A stretch of DNA of 64,000 nt from an uncultured delta proteobacterium. GTDB lineage: Bacteria; Desulfobacterota; Binatia; Bin18. Of the stretch, positions 22,369 to 31,654 are shown piece after piece. The stretch's first letter is position 1; every line of letters starts with the position of its first letter. The translations under genes were made by a program, and so were the position numbers. The DNA lies in the NCBI GenBank assembly GCA_963733195.1, contig CAVTCR010000050.1:128001-192000 (forward strand), in the 5' to 3' direction. Below the pieces are notes generated by a model, which did not search any database, was not told the origin of the DNA, and was given only the letters and a program-made list of their open reading frames with translations.

Positions 22369-23664
22369 TCAGGCCTTTGAAACGCCAGCTGCGACTACCG
22401 GCTCTGCGGCTGCCTCCCGGATCCGATACGGCCCTAGTCGAGTCATTAACCCCGCGGCCGTCAGTGTTGCTACCACAAACGTCGCCAGCACCACACTGTA
22501 CGACCCCGTGGCATCGAACCCTGCTCCCATAAGAGGAGGGCCAACCACCCCGCCGAGACTAAAAGCGGCGAGGATATAGCCGTAAATCTCCCCAAACGCA
22601 CGCAGGCCAAAATAGCGACTTACCACATAGGGCATTACATCTAATTCTGCTCCCACACCCAAGGCTACTAGAACCACGGCCACAAATACCAAGCCGCCAA
22701 CCGCTCCACTCCACAACAGGAAAAGCCCTAGCGCGAGCCCACAAAAGAAACACGCTGCGACATACGGAGCAAAGAAGCGGTCGAGCAAGTACCCGATCCC
22801 GAGCCTGCCCAAAAATGATGTCCCGATAGCCAGCGACGCGGTCAAGGTCGCGCTCTGAGCCGAGAGACCCCGGTCGGTGAGCAAGGGCACCAGGTGAATC
22901 GCGTAACCATGGAAACTCACCGATATCAGGAAAAACGCACCGACCATGAGCCAAAAGGTGCCAGTATGCCAGCTCTCATGAAAGCTGAGTCCTTCCTCTG
23001 GACCGCACTGCGTGGAGGCCTCGGCCAGGCCAACGGCTCCACCATCTGGTGCCAATCCCATCATCTGGGGCGTTTCCTTGAGCAGGAGCCCGACCACCGG
23101 GATAGCCACGCCCATGGCTAAGAAGCCAAGCCACACGTAGGCGTGGCGCCAACCCACCGTGTCGATGAGGGCTTGCGTCAAGGATGGCATGATCGCTGCG
23201 CCCAGGGCGATTGCGGCCACGGACAACCCCAAGGCCAAGCCGCGCCTGCGGTCAAACCAGCGCGAGATCACCTTCCCGTATGGCACCGGCCCTGTCCCGC
23301 TGCCCACCACCCCCATGAACAGGTAGATGGCATAGAAGTGCCAGAGGTGGATCGAAAGGAAAGAAAGGGAGAAAACGGTCAAACCAAACAACAGGACGGC
23401 AGGCAAGATCACCCGCCGGGCGCCAAGGCGATCCACCAGCCAGCCGAGCAATGGTGTTGCCAAAGCTAGCCCCAGGGTGCCGAGGGAGAACGCGAGTGAG
23501 ATCTGAGTCCGGCTCCAGCCAAATTCCTGGCTCAAGGGTTTGAGGAAGACGCCAAAGGTGGGGACGATGATGGGGCCATAGCTCATGGCAAGCCCGACCC
23601 CTGACGCGAGCACGACCCACCAGCCGTAGAAGACCTTGCTGTTCTTTTGCCCCCTCGTTGCCAT
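22369..23664 (-). CDS. MFS transporter (OFA/MCT-like)
   Basis: FYGWWVV, EFGWSR, GWLVDRLGAR, RWFDRRRGLALG and RYFGLRAFGEIYG; GAGGA RBS. Confidence 0.9.
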   Translation of the reverse strand: MATRGQKNSKVFYGWWVVLASGVGLAMSYGPIIVPTFGVFLKPLSQEFGWSRTQISLAFSLGTLGLALATPLLGWLVDRLGARRVILPAVLLFGLTVFSLSFLSIHLWHFYAIYLFMGVVGSGTGPVPYGKVISRWFDRRRGLALGLSVAAIALGAAIMPSLTQALIDTVGWRHAYVWLGFLAMGVAIPVVGLLLKETPQMMGLAPDGGAVGLAEASTQCGPEEGLSFHESWHTGTFWLMVGAFFLISVSFHGYAIHLVPLLTDRGLSAQSATLTASLAIGTSFLGRLGIGYLLDRFFAPYVAACFFCGLALGLFLLWSGAVGGLVFVAVVLVALGVGAELDVMPYVVSRYFGLRAFGEIYGYILAAFSLGGVVGPPLMGAGFDATGSYSVVLATFVVATLTAAGLMTRLGPYRIREAAAEPVVAAGVSKA

Positions 23665-23722
23665 AGACAGTTCCTCCTCAAATTCCTGGACGAGCCTGCC
23701 GGCCTGCCTGATACTATTGGTG

Positions 23723-23808
23723 AAATCCTCCCTATCCCTCCTTTGGCAAAGGAGGGGACCCAAAAGCCCCCTTTCGTAAAGGGGGCCGCGCAGAGCGCGG
23801 GGGGATTT
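23723..23808. repeat. ~86-bp multi-hairpin repeat, copy 2
   Basis: Near-identical direct repeat of 22226-22311; the two copies flank the MFS gene. Confidence 0.85.
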
Positions 23809-23853
23809 TATTCCGTTGCGATCTAGAAAAAACATTCGCCAACAGTATCCTGC

Positions 23854-25095
23854 TCACTCGAGTTCCTTGCCCTTAAGTTCCGGGATCAAAAACACCGTCG
23901 TGAGGATATCGAGGACGTAAATCGATGCGAGCAGAGCGATCGCGGTGTTAAACGAGTATTTCGCAGCTAAGACGCCGACCACTAACGGCCCCAGGCCACC
24001 CACGGCCCGGCCGATATTGAACAATACGTTCTGCGCCGTGGCGCGGGCGGCCGTAGGATACGCTTCCGACATCAGCGCGCCAATGCCACCTATCTTGCCA
24101 TTCACAAACATCCCCATGATCGCTCCCATCCACAGCAACGTGTGCGGGTCAGTGACCTGCGCATATAGATAGACCATGATCGCTGAGCCGATTTGGAACA
24201 CGATGAACAGCGGCTTGCGGCCAAGTCGGTCGGCGAGTTGGCCGAACACCCAGATGCCCACGGCCATGCCCAGCACGATACTCGCAGTCCAAAGCGCAGA
24301 CTTGGTGAAGCTAAGGCCCAGGCTCGTTGCCAGATAACTGGGCATCCAGGTCATGATGCCATAATAGGCGAAACAATGAACCGAACTCAGAATGACGAGG
24401 CCACAGGTCGTCCTGACTGTCTTCCTATCCTTTACGAGCAAACGAAACGAGTTCTCCTTCTTTGCGGCGTGTCTCTTGACGAAGATCTCCGGCTCATCGA
24501 GCGCGCGGCGGACGATGAACGCCACGAGTGCCGGCAGCAGGCCGACCAGGAACATCCCGCGCCAGCCGATCACTGGAAGCAGCAGCGGAGTGACGAACGC
24601 GGCCAGGAGCACTCCCACCTGCCACCCCAGTGCGACATAGGACGACACTCGGGCGCGCTTGCTGGCCGGCCAGGCTTCGGCGGCGAGCGCCATGCCGATA
24701 CCGAACTCACCACCCAGGCCAAGGCCAGCAATCATCCGGTAGACAGCCAGGTCCCAATAGCCCTGTGCAACAGCGCACAGACCCGTGAACCCGGCGAAGA
24801 GCAGAATCGTCCACGTCAGCACCCTGATGCGGCCAAAATGGTCACTCATGGTGCCAAAAATGAATCCGCCTGCCACAGCGCCCATCAACGTCCAGGTGAC
24901 GAGCGAGCCGGCCTGGGTGCTGGTCAGCGCGAGGTCCGCTGAGATGGCCGCAAGCATGAAGCCGAGAATCAACATATCGAACCCGTCCATGGCATAGCCA
25001 ATCACCGATCCGGCTAACGCTTTCCAGCCATACACGGTCACTCTGTCTTCCCCGCCTACGGTCGGCACGAACGTGTTACTCACTTGAAGTTCCAT
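23854..25095 (-). CDS. MFS transporter (aromatic acid / sialate:H+ symporter-like)
   Basis: GYAMDGFD, SDHFGR, GLGLGGE, ADRLGRK, EAYPTAARATA and PELKGKELE. Confidence 0.9.
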   Translation of the reverse strand: MELQVSNTFVPTVGGEDRVTVYGWKALAGSVIGYAMDGFDMLILGFMLAAISADLALTSTQAGSLVTWTLMGAVAGGFIFGTMSDHFGRIRVLTWTILLFAGFTGLCAVAQGYWDLAVYRMIAGLGLGGEFGIGMALAAEAWPASKRARVSSYVALGWQVGVLLAAFVTPLLLPVIGWRGMFLVGLLPALVAFIVRRALDEPEIFVKRHAAKKENSFRLLVKDRKTVRTTCGLVILSSVHCFAYYGIMTWMPSYLATSLGLSFTKSALWTASIVLGMAVGIWVFGQLADRLGRKPLFIVFQIGSAIMVYLYAQVTDPHTLLWMGAIMGMFVNGKIGGIGALMSEAYPTAARATAQNVLFNIGRAVGGLGPLVVGVLAAKYSFNTAIALLASIYVLDILTTVFLIPELKGKELE

Positions 25096-25124
25096 ATAAC
25101 TTGATGTCTCCGGATCTGAGCAAC

Positions 25125-25149
25125 GTAGGGTGGGTCACGTCCACCCTAC
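25125..25149. repeat. GTAG REP-like palindrome
   Basis: GTAGGGTGG-GTCACGT-CCACCCTAC. Confidence 0.65.
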
Positions 25150-25212
25150 AAAAATCAATCCCGTCTTGCAAAGCTGCTTCCGCTTCCTGCATAATGCGCG
25201 AGAGGAATTACC

Positions 25213-25353
25213 ATGAGAGCCTTGAATCCGAAAGTAAAAATCGAGCGCCCCGAGCGCGAACAGGTCAGTCGGGAAGAAGCCTTGAAGCGAGTCAAAGCGT
25301 TTCCCAAACGCAAGGAGAAGCTCATTGCCGCTATTAGAAAAGGTACGCATTGA
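25213..25353 (+). CDS. 46-aa basic protein missed by the ORF track (antitoxin-like position)
   Basis: AGAGG RBS, then MRALNPKVKIERPEREQVSREEALKRVKAFPKRKEKLIAAIRKGTH*; overlaps the next gene by 29 nt. Confidence 0.6.
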   Translation: MRALNPKVKIERPEREQVSREEALKRVKAFPKRKEKLIAAIRKGTH

Positions 25354-25657
25354 ACTTTTCATTCCTGACTTGCCAGATCCAATTTACAGCCGCCTGCTGG
25401 AAGAGCTGGGCGACGAGTTGAGCTATGCCTTCGGTGGTTGCACTGTGACTCCCACACAAGGCAAGTATCGTTCGACTGCTGGCTCTATCTTGCCTGATAA
25501 GATCAATATCCTCTTCACCGATACGCCCTTTTATTGGGACAAGGATCGGCTGCTGCTTGAGCAATATGCCATGGCCTTGCATCAAGTCGTTCAGCAGGTC
25601 CTCAGTAATGAGCAGGCAATTCTGATCGCTGTGTATCCGGTTTATCACATCGAGTAA
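25325..25657 (+). CDS. Hypothetical 110-aa protein with an FGGCT..GKY motif
   Basis: TTG start after AAGGAG; protein-like composition; coupled to the small upstream ORF. Confidence 0.7.
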   Translation: MPLLEKVRIELFIPDLPDPIYSRLLEELGDELSYAFGGCTVTPTQGKYRSTAGSILPDKINILFTDTPFYWDKDRLLLEQYAMALHQVVQQVLSNEQAILIAVYPVYHIE

Positions 25658-25716
25658 CTACTCTCTCAGCGGGAGTAAGGTGCTTCTCCCTTCCCCTGCC
25701 ACAAGGCCCCACGTGG

Positions 25717-26100
25717 TTATTTCTTCGCTTCGGAGACCTGATAGTTTTTGGCTGTCGGCTCTTCCTGCATCAAGGGTCTGTTCTTCTCATTCAGCGCTTT
25801 CCGCGCGTCGGATTTGAGAAACGCCTCGATCTCCGCTTGGCTGTTCCACAGTGTGACTGCGACAATTTCCCCCGTCGCAGGATCCGATCCCACCTTGAAC
25901 CACTGAATACCCTTCGCAGCAGCAAGCAACTGCGTCATACCCTCAACGATCTTCGGCTGTTGGTCCCGCTTGTCTGGTAACACGGTAGTCGTGAAGACTC
26001 TGAGTACTTGCCCGGTGGCAGGGTGCTGGGCGGTGCTCATGGCTATCCACGTGACCATGAAGGTGAACGCTAACATAAGCGCGAATAATTTCTGAGCCAT
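25717..26100 (-). CDS. Secreted ABM-like (dimeric alpha/beta barrel) protein
   Basis: Signal peptide, AAAKGIQW...VAVTLWNSQAEIEAF; AAGGAGG RBS. Confidence 0.7.
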   Translation of the reverse strand: MAQKLFALMLAFTFMVTWIAMSTAQHPATGQVLRVFTTTVLPDKRDQQPKIVEGMTQLLAAAKGIQWFKVGSDPATGEIVAVTLWNSQAEIEAFLKSDARKALNEKNRPLMQEEPTAKNYQVSEAKK

Positions 26101-26416
26101 ACGTGATTTCCTCCTTTGGCAAACCTGAGTGTTCTGAAAGCTCCTGGCCCAGCGGCCAGGCGGACGTGTCGCTCGATGCCAAGCGCTTCTCCCGGTGGAC
26201 CGCGCGCTGCCAGCAGGGTGTCAATGCCACTCCGTGCCGGCACGAACTGGAGGTTCCGCCACTGCCAACTGGCCACTTTCTTCCTCCTCTGCACGTGCTA
26301 TCCTGTGTGCTCCGCGATGCACATCCAATTATTATTGCACGTCACGGATTGTTTCTATTCCAGATCCCTGGATTCCGTTGCACTCCATCCAGGCTACGGC
26401 ACTTCGCTGTCTCCTC

Positions 26417-27706
26417 TCAGCGATCATTTAAGAGCGGCGGATGTGCGAGATAGGATTCCGCCAGTTTCCTCCCAGTCGCGCGCATGAGTTGTTGGTCCTC
26501 CTCCGCCGTCGGTGCAGGAGGGACGCGTACGACGGTGTCATTGCAGTATGTCGGGATAAGCTTGCCGGCATCTCGGCACAGGCCGTCGGGAGTTTGCCCT
26601 GCCTGGATTGCGTGAATCCCCCGCCGGAGCTGTTGCCGGAACATGATGACACCGCGATCCGTGGCCCCCAGATGCTCCAGGTCGTGGATGGCAATGGGCC
26701 GCTGACTGACCTGAGCTTCATAGTCACCGGGTTGCCGCTGGCCCGCCTCGTAGGTGTCAGCGGGGATCTGTCCGGGGGCCATGTCACCATTAGCCCACCA
26801 CGCCGGCGTGGCGCCTGAGGTCTCGCTCACGTGCCGGAGCTCGATGAGCATGGTAGTGGTGTCGTCCGTAGGCACAATCCAGCGGCTCATCATCGGGCCA
26901 CTGAAGGGATGCTCCTGGTAACCATTTTCCCAGATCGGGCACACCTGCTGCAGGTTCGGTAAGACGTTTTCCACCATGCGCGCCCAGATATTGTCCCCTA
27001 CTCGGCGGGTTGCCACATAGATCATGCCGACAGGAGTTTCAGCGAAATCCATTTCTGGTATCTTGCCAAACTCGTCGGTAAACTGGGAGCCGCTGACGAT
27101 GGTATGGAGAAATGCCGTGTGGACAGGGTCCATGGCGTTTTCCAGGATCTGCAGCCAGTTACACGGATAGCAATATTTGGGGCCAGGCATGAGTCGATAG
27201 CCTGGTCGGCTGAAACTATCGTACACGGGGAATGGTGGCTGCTCCTCCGGTGGTCCCATATAGGCAAACACGATCCCATTGTACTCGTGGGTCGGGTAGG
27301 CGCCGTGGCAGAGCCGGTCCTTCAGGGTGCTCGTGGTCGGCTCGCCTGGGGTTTCCAGGATGGTCCCGTCTACGTCGAAGAGCCAGCCGTGGTAGCAGCA
27401 CCGGATCCCCCTTTCAGAGATTAGTCCAAATTCTAGAGAGGTCCCCCGGTGCGGACAGTGTAACTCCAGGAGCCCCACGGTACCCCGGAAGTCACGGAAC
27501 ACTACGAGATCCTCCCCCAAGATCCTGACGCGTAGCGGGAGATCGCGCAGTTCGTCGGCAAAGCAAATGGGCTGCCAGAAGCGGCGCAAGTATTCCCCGC
27601 ACGGCGTTCCGGGGCCACTATGTGTGAGTTCTGTGTCTTCCTGGGGGACATCACGGTGATAATAGCCGCCATAGCGTGTAGTCAAGAAAGGTGCTCGGGT
27701 TGCCAT
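26417..27706 (-). CDS. Rieske non-heme iron oxygenase alpha subunit (phthalate 4,5-dioxygenase-like)
   Basis: GPGTPCGEYLRRFWQP, CPHRG...CCYHGW Rieske motif, ENAMDPVHTAFLH iron site and EHLGATDRGV. Confidence 0.9.
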   Translation of the reverse strand: MATRAPFLTTRYGGYYHRDVPQEDTELTHSGPGTPCGEYLRRFWQPICFADELRDLPLRVRILGEDLVVFRDFRGTVGLLELHCPHRGTSLEFGLISERGIRCCYHGWLFDVDGTILETPGEPTTSTLKDRLCHGAYPTHEYNGIVFAYMGPPEEQPPFPVYDSFSRPGYRLMPGPKYCYPCNWLQILENAMDPVHTAFLHTIVSGSQFTDEFGKIPEMDFAETPVGMIYVATRRVGDNIWARMVENVLPNLQQVCPIWENGYQEHPFSGPMMSRWIVPTDDTTTMLIELRHVSETSGATPAWWANGDMAPGQIPADTYEAGQRQPGDYEAQVSQRPIAIHDLEHLGATDRGVIMFRQQLRRGIHAIQAGQTPDGLCRDAGKLIPTYCNDTVVRVPPAPTAEEDQQLMRATGRKLAESYLAHPPLLNDR

Positions 27707-27798
27707 ATTCGTTCTCCTTTCCATCATATAAAGCCTGTTAGTGACCAGTTCCGTACGCAATTGATAACTGGACGTCTGCTCCTAACGCTGCGTCAAGA

Positions 27799-28210
27799 CT
27801 ACTTCCATTCGCACACCGCCCCCTTAATCATCTCTGCCGTCGGGTCAGCCTCGAATTCCACCGCCCCCACAAACCCGTTGAGCCAGCTTAGTTCTGGTGC
27901 GGCGCTCCGGTACGTCGCCGTCCCCCGGCCACGACCCCGAGGTCCCGCACCGGTGGGCGCCAGCACCCCTTGCCCGTTTATCTCAATCCTCGCCCCCGCG
28001 GGAGGTGAAATTCGCCCCCACATACGACCACCGCCGCGTCGTCCCTGGCACCCCCTCGATGGTTAAGGTCCCAAACCCCCGACCGCTGATCCGGCCATTA
28101 GTTTCTGCCGCGACGTTGACTTCGGCCTTGGTCATCTCGCCCCCGACGGGGGAGTAGTTAATTGAAGTCACTTTCAGCGTGAATTCACCAACGATTTCTC
28201 CTAGTGGCAT
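27799..28210 (-). CDS. Uncharacterised beta-rich 'EWK' family protein, paralogue 1 (frameshift near 28020)
   Basis: MPLGEIVGEFTLKVTS... joined to ...LSWLNGFVGAVEFEADPTAEMIKGAVCEWK. Confidence 0.7.
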
Positions 28211-28373
28211 ACACACCCCCTTTGTTCTTGGGTTGAGCTCCAGCAACCCTGTTACCGTACGGAATTGGTCACTCAGTCGTCATACCCCTTTGTCCTGAAA
28301 CACAGAAGCCTTTAGGCAAAAGCACTTTCACTCATATAGCCCCACAGAGAACCATCTGACTTTGTTTATCACC

Positions 28374-28436
28374 CTCTGACGACTGGCAGGTCAGCGGCAC
28401 CGCCTCAGTGGCGTCCGTTGCAACCGCGGGTTAGAG
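28374..28436 (-). other. Solitary attC-like integron recombination site
   Basis: Minus strand: CTCTAAC-CCGCG-GTTGCAAC-GGACGCC...GCC-GCTGAC-CTGCCAGTC-GTCAGAG. This is an R''/L''/L'/R' layout, with GTC instead of GTT in R'. Confidence 0.6.
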
Positions 28437-28482
28437 GGTGTCTACAAAGCTTGCAGATGAGGGCTCCGTGCGAATTTGACAG

Positions 28483-28944
28483 TTAGTTTCCCGCCGGCAT
28501 CCACGAAAGATGGCTCGCGACCCGCACCCATTTCCCATCAGATTTGGCGTAGACGATCGTGTAACGGACGTAATGCGTTTCGAGCGGTCCTCCCTTGGGT
28601 TTGATCCTCGCAAGCCCCATGCCCCCAAGCGAGTCCAGTGGTACCGATCACGCGGAATTGGGGATTGATGGGGGTAAAGCTCTGACTCTCGCGGCTACTG
28701 ACGACGTTTGGAGAACTTGTTGCTGAGCTGCTTTGCCATCCACTGGAAACGGTGAAGAGGTACCAAACGTCACACTTTGATCGTGCGCTGACGCCATGAA
28801 CCCATCGACATCAAGAGCATTGAGCGCCTTCAATCCTTGTTCAAAGGCCGCTTTGAGATCATCGACATCTGCGCCACGGACAGTTGCTGGAACACAAACA
28901 ACCACAATCAGCACTAGAGCACAAATAGTTCGTTTGTACGTCAT
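28483..28944 (-). CDS. Secreted SnoaL/NTF2-like protein (two frameshifts)
   Basis: Signal peptide, ADVDDLKAAFEQ..ALNALD; later frames give FTPINPQFRVIGTTGLAWG and RYTIVYAKSDGKWVRVASHLS*. Confidence 0.7.
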
Positions 28945-28979
28945 ATCGTTTCCTTCTTATTCTTTAGGCTGGTTTCCCA

Positions 28980-29210
28980 TCACCTTGTCTCCTTCGACAG
29001 GCTGGAGTTGTCGTTGCGGAACCAGTGGAACCACAGTACCTCAAGGGCAACGAGGATTGCCGCAAGTCCGACAATGCCACCGAACATAATGGTCAACAGG
29101 TGGAGCACCTCCGGGTCATCCACGGCGATAGTAGTCAGACTAGGGTGCATCCCAATCCCACATCGTGGGTTCTCCCCAGTGAGTGTGGAAGTACTGGTAG
29201 GATGGGTCAT
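28980..29210 (-). CDS. Possible small single-TM protein (start uncertain)
   Basis: One hydrophobic stretch LLTIMFGGIVGLAAILVALEVLWF; the 5' end overlaps a REP-like hairpin. Confidence 0.3.
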   Translation of the reverse strand: MTHPTSTSTLTGENPRCGIGMHPSLTTIAVDDPEVLHLLTIMFGGIVGLAAILVALEVLWFHWFRNDNSSLSKETR

Positions 29211-29229
29211 CCCACCTACCAGCTTGTGA

Positions 29230-29641
29230 CTACTTCCACTCGTAGGCGGTCCCTTTGATCGTCATCGCTGTCGGGTCCATCTCGAACTCAACGGCTCCAA
29301 GTAGGCCGTTGAATGCAGCCAGCTTGGGGTCGTCGGTGGTGTAACACGCAGCGCCACGATAGCGCATTTTGTGACCTTCGCCGGTCCGTATGCCGACCCC
29401 ACGCCCGGACATACGTACCACGGCACCTGAAGCGGCCAGGATCGTGCCCGTACTCGTATAGGTCACGGCTAGCACCGGTAATCCCTTCGACTACCATGGT
29501 GGCAAACCCTTGTCCCGGCACTTGACCCTTCACTTCGCCGGTCGAATCGACCTCGAGTCGTCTCTGACCACCGCCAAGATCGGTGATCCTGACAGACGTC
29601 ATTTTGGCAACAACTTCACCCAGAGCATTCCCGAATGGCAT
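29230..29641 (-). CDS. 'EWK' family protein, paralogue 2 (frameshift near 29470)
   Basis: MPFGNALGEVVAKMTS... joined to ...YRGAACYTTDDPKLAAFNGLLGAVEFEMDPTAMTIKGTAYEWK; AGGAGG RBS. Confidence 0.75.
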
Positions 29642-29756
29642 AACACACCTCCTGTTAGATTGAATTGCTCGAAAAGACTTCAGGCTTTTCTGCCTTTTGT
29701 GATTAGTGGTAGGGTGACATGTCCCACTCTACAGATCAGAAACCCTACCTATGCGA

Positions 29757-30137
29757 TCAGCTCCTCTCGGATAACTTCCCGCTCCACGAGCGCGTAGCCA
29801 GATCAAGCTCGCCTTCAACGCCTATGTTGCGACCATCGGAGATTTGGATGAACCCCTGAGTGCGCCATCGATTAGTACCACCACTACTAAATGTCCCCTG
29901 GCCGTTACCGGTGACGCTGTCGCCGTTATCTAAGTAGGCTGCCGCACACCAACTCCAGGTCCCGTTCTTCTGCCCAGCGCTCGTCGCAGTCATTGTGCCG
30001 AGAACGGCCCCAAAGCCCGTCGCAGTACCCTCGAAGTTCCCTTGCACGATTACGCTCCCAGCAGGGCCAGGAGTGAGCGTGAACGAGGTTGCCTTGAGCG
30101 AAAATTCTCCTGCCTGTTTTCCCGATGCCATACTCAT
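29757..30137 (-). CDS. 'EWK' family protein, paralogue 3
   Basis: MSMASGKQAGEFSLKATSFTLTPGP...GTWSW...GELDLATRSWSGKLSERS; AAGGAGG RBS. Confidence 0.8.
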   Translation of the reverse strand: MSMASGKQAGEFSLKATSFTLTPGPAGSVIVQGNFEGTATGFGAVLGTMTATSAGQKNGTWSWCAAAYLDNGDSVTGNGQGTFSSGGTNRWRTQGFIQISDGRNIGVEGELDLATRSWSGKLSERS

Positions 30138-30211
30138 GTCCTCCTTTGGTTGAAGAGGCGGGTAGAACCTGACACCCGCCAAAAACTAGTTTGTCGCAAA
30201 TCCTGAATGGG

Positions 30212-30598
30212 CTATTTCCACTCGTATACCTTCCCGGCCATCGTCCGCGTAGCCAGATCACCATCAAACTCGACGGCGGTGACGCGGCCATCGGAACCCT
30301 GACCAGTCCCACGGTATCGCCACTTGTTGGGAGCGCTCTCTTCCCACGTCCCGTGACCTGTGACTCCGGTGCTGCCGCCATTGTTGAGGAACGTCAGCCC
30401 ACAGTAGCTCCACGTTCCGCTCTTCGCGCCCGGCTCGAGCGCGACAGTCAATGTCCCTACACCGGTTCCCGCTCCTTGATCTCCCGACACTGGTCCTTCG
30501 AAATTCCCCTGAATAGTAAACGCACTGCCGGGACCGGGGCTCACCGTGAATGCTACTGCCTTGAGCGAAAATTCTCCTATCGCTTTTCCTAATGCCAT
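30212..30598 (-). CDS. 'EWK' family protein, paralogue 4
   Basis: MALGKAIGEFSLKAVAFTVSPGP...GTWSY...GDLATRTMAGKVYEWK; AAGGAGG RBS. Confidence 0.8.
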   Translation of the reverse strand: MALGKAIGEFSLKAVAFTVSPGPGSAFTIQGNFEGPVSGDQGAGTGVGTLTVALEPGAKSGTWSYCGLTFLNNGGSTGVTGHGTWEESAPNKWRYRGTGQGSDGRVTAVEFDGDLATRTMAGKVYEWK

Positions 30599-30804
30599 AT
30601 ACTGTTCCTCCTTATGTTGAGGTCTTGGTCCCTCTGCCATCTGTCCGCCACGCTGTCCAAGGCTACAAGGAGCAACGCGGTGGTGCACGCGCTCCCTGGA
30701 CACCTCGGCCAGCTTTGCCGTTTCGCAGTGGTCGCCTCATTGTGATACACCTACAGGATGTTGCAGGACTTAGCGGTGTTAAGGAGAACTCCAGCTCACG
30801 TCGC

Positions 30805-31233
30805 TTAGCCTAGGATCTGCACGGTCGGCAGATAGAGAATCCCCACTGTGGGACGATATTCGCGGAGCAGCCCCGAAACCTCGACCTCCTTAAAGAGATT
30901 CTCTTCGGCAGCTAATGTCTCGAATACTTGATCTTCGCTGTTCATCCACAACGAGTGATACGGTAGCGCCTCTGCTCCTACTGTGACTTCTATCACGACT
31001 TGCCCGAGTCGATGATTGAGGCGATAGAAGCGAGAGAATGTATTGCCATGTGCTGTGCTAGGGGGTTGCTTTGCACAGAGCACATGACCTCTGAACTGCA
31101 CCCAGCCTTTTCCTGGCACCGAGCCAATTCGACCCCACGCGCCGCCATACTCTTGGCCGCCTTTTGCCAGGCTGGCCCACAGGAAAAGCGCCATGCCAAT
31201 ACTCAGTATCGACGCGCTTCGGGTTCTCTTCAT
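30805..31233 (-). CDS. Secreted hypothetical protein
   Basis: N-terminal signal-like segment; beta-rich body ending AAEENLFKEVEVSGLL. Confidence 0.6.
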   Translation of the reverse strand: MKRTRSASILSIGMALFLWASLAKGGQEYGGAWGRIGSVPGKGWVQFRGHVLCAKQPPSTAHGNTFSRFYRLNHRLGQVVIEVTVGAEALPYHSLWMNSEDQVFETLAAEENLFKEVEVSGLLREYRPTVGILYLPTVQILG

Positions 31234-31278
31234 GACCAGCCTCTTTTTCTTGCGACTGTTCCTGGCGGCGGTCGTTGT

Positions 31279-31450
31279 CTAAATTGAACCACATGCGATT
31301 GGTACAGTGCGGACAGAAATCCCCTCGCGCTCCGCGCGGCCCCCTTTGCAAAAGGGGGCATCCGAGGTTCCCTCCTTTGCTAAAGGAGGGATAGGGAGGA
31401 TTTATCCCCCTTAATCACAAAGTGGACGAATGTTTTGTGATCTGCTCTAG
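31279..31450. mobile_element. MITE-like element: ~28-bp imperfect TIRs enclosing copy 3 of the 86-bp repeat
   Basis: Left end CTAAATTGAACCACATGCGATTGGTACA; right end (reverse complement) CTAGAGCAGATCACAAAACATTCGTCCA; a related motif precedes copy 1 at 22181. Confidence 0.55.
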
Positions 31451-31560
31451 TTCGCCGCCACCAGCACGGCGATCACGACAAGTGCAGCAATCATAAGCAC
31501 AAGGCCGAGGAGATCATTCCAGTCTTTGTCTAAAAAAAGATCGACAATCCACCAAAACAT
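31447..31560 (-). CDS. 37-aa single-TM small protein
   Basis: GAGGAGG RBS, then MFWWIVDLFLDKDWNDLLGLVLMIAALVVIAVLVAAN*. Confidence 0.55.
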   Translation of the reverse strand: MFWWIVDLFLDKDWNDLLGLVLMIAALVVIAVLVAAN

Positions 31561-31654
31561 ACTGCCCTCCTCAATCCCCCTGCCACTGCCACAACGACTC
31601 GACATTTTGCCGCGTCCGACCGCAGGCGGTCGAGCGACTCTCTACCCCTTTTCT

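Noticed and set aside
21837-22380. ORFs 21837-22358 (-) and 22045-22380 (+), and the N-terminal extension of the MFS ORF to 23835
   Set aside because: They are read-throughs of the 86-bp palindromic repeat and neighbouring genes, not credible proteins.
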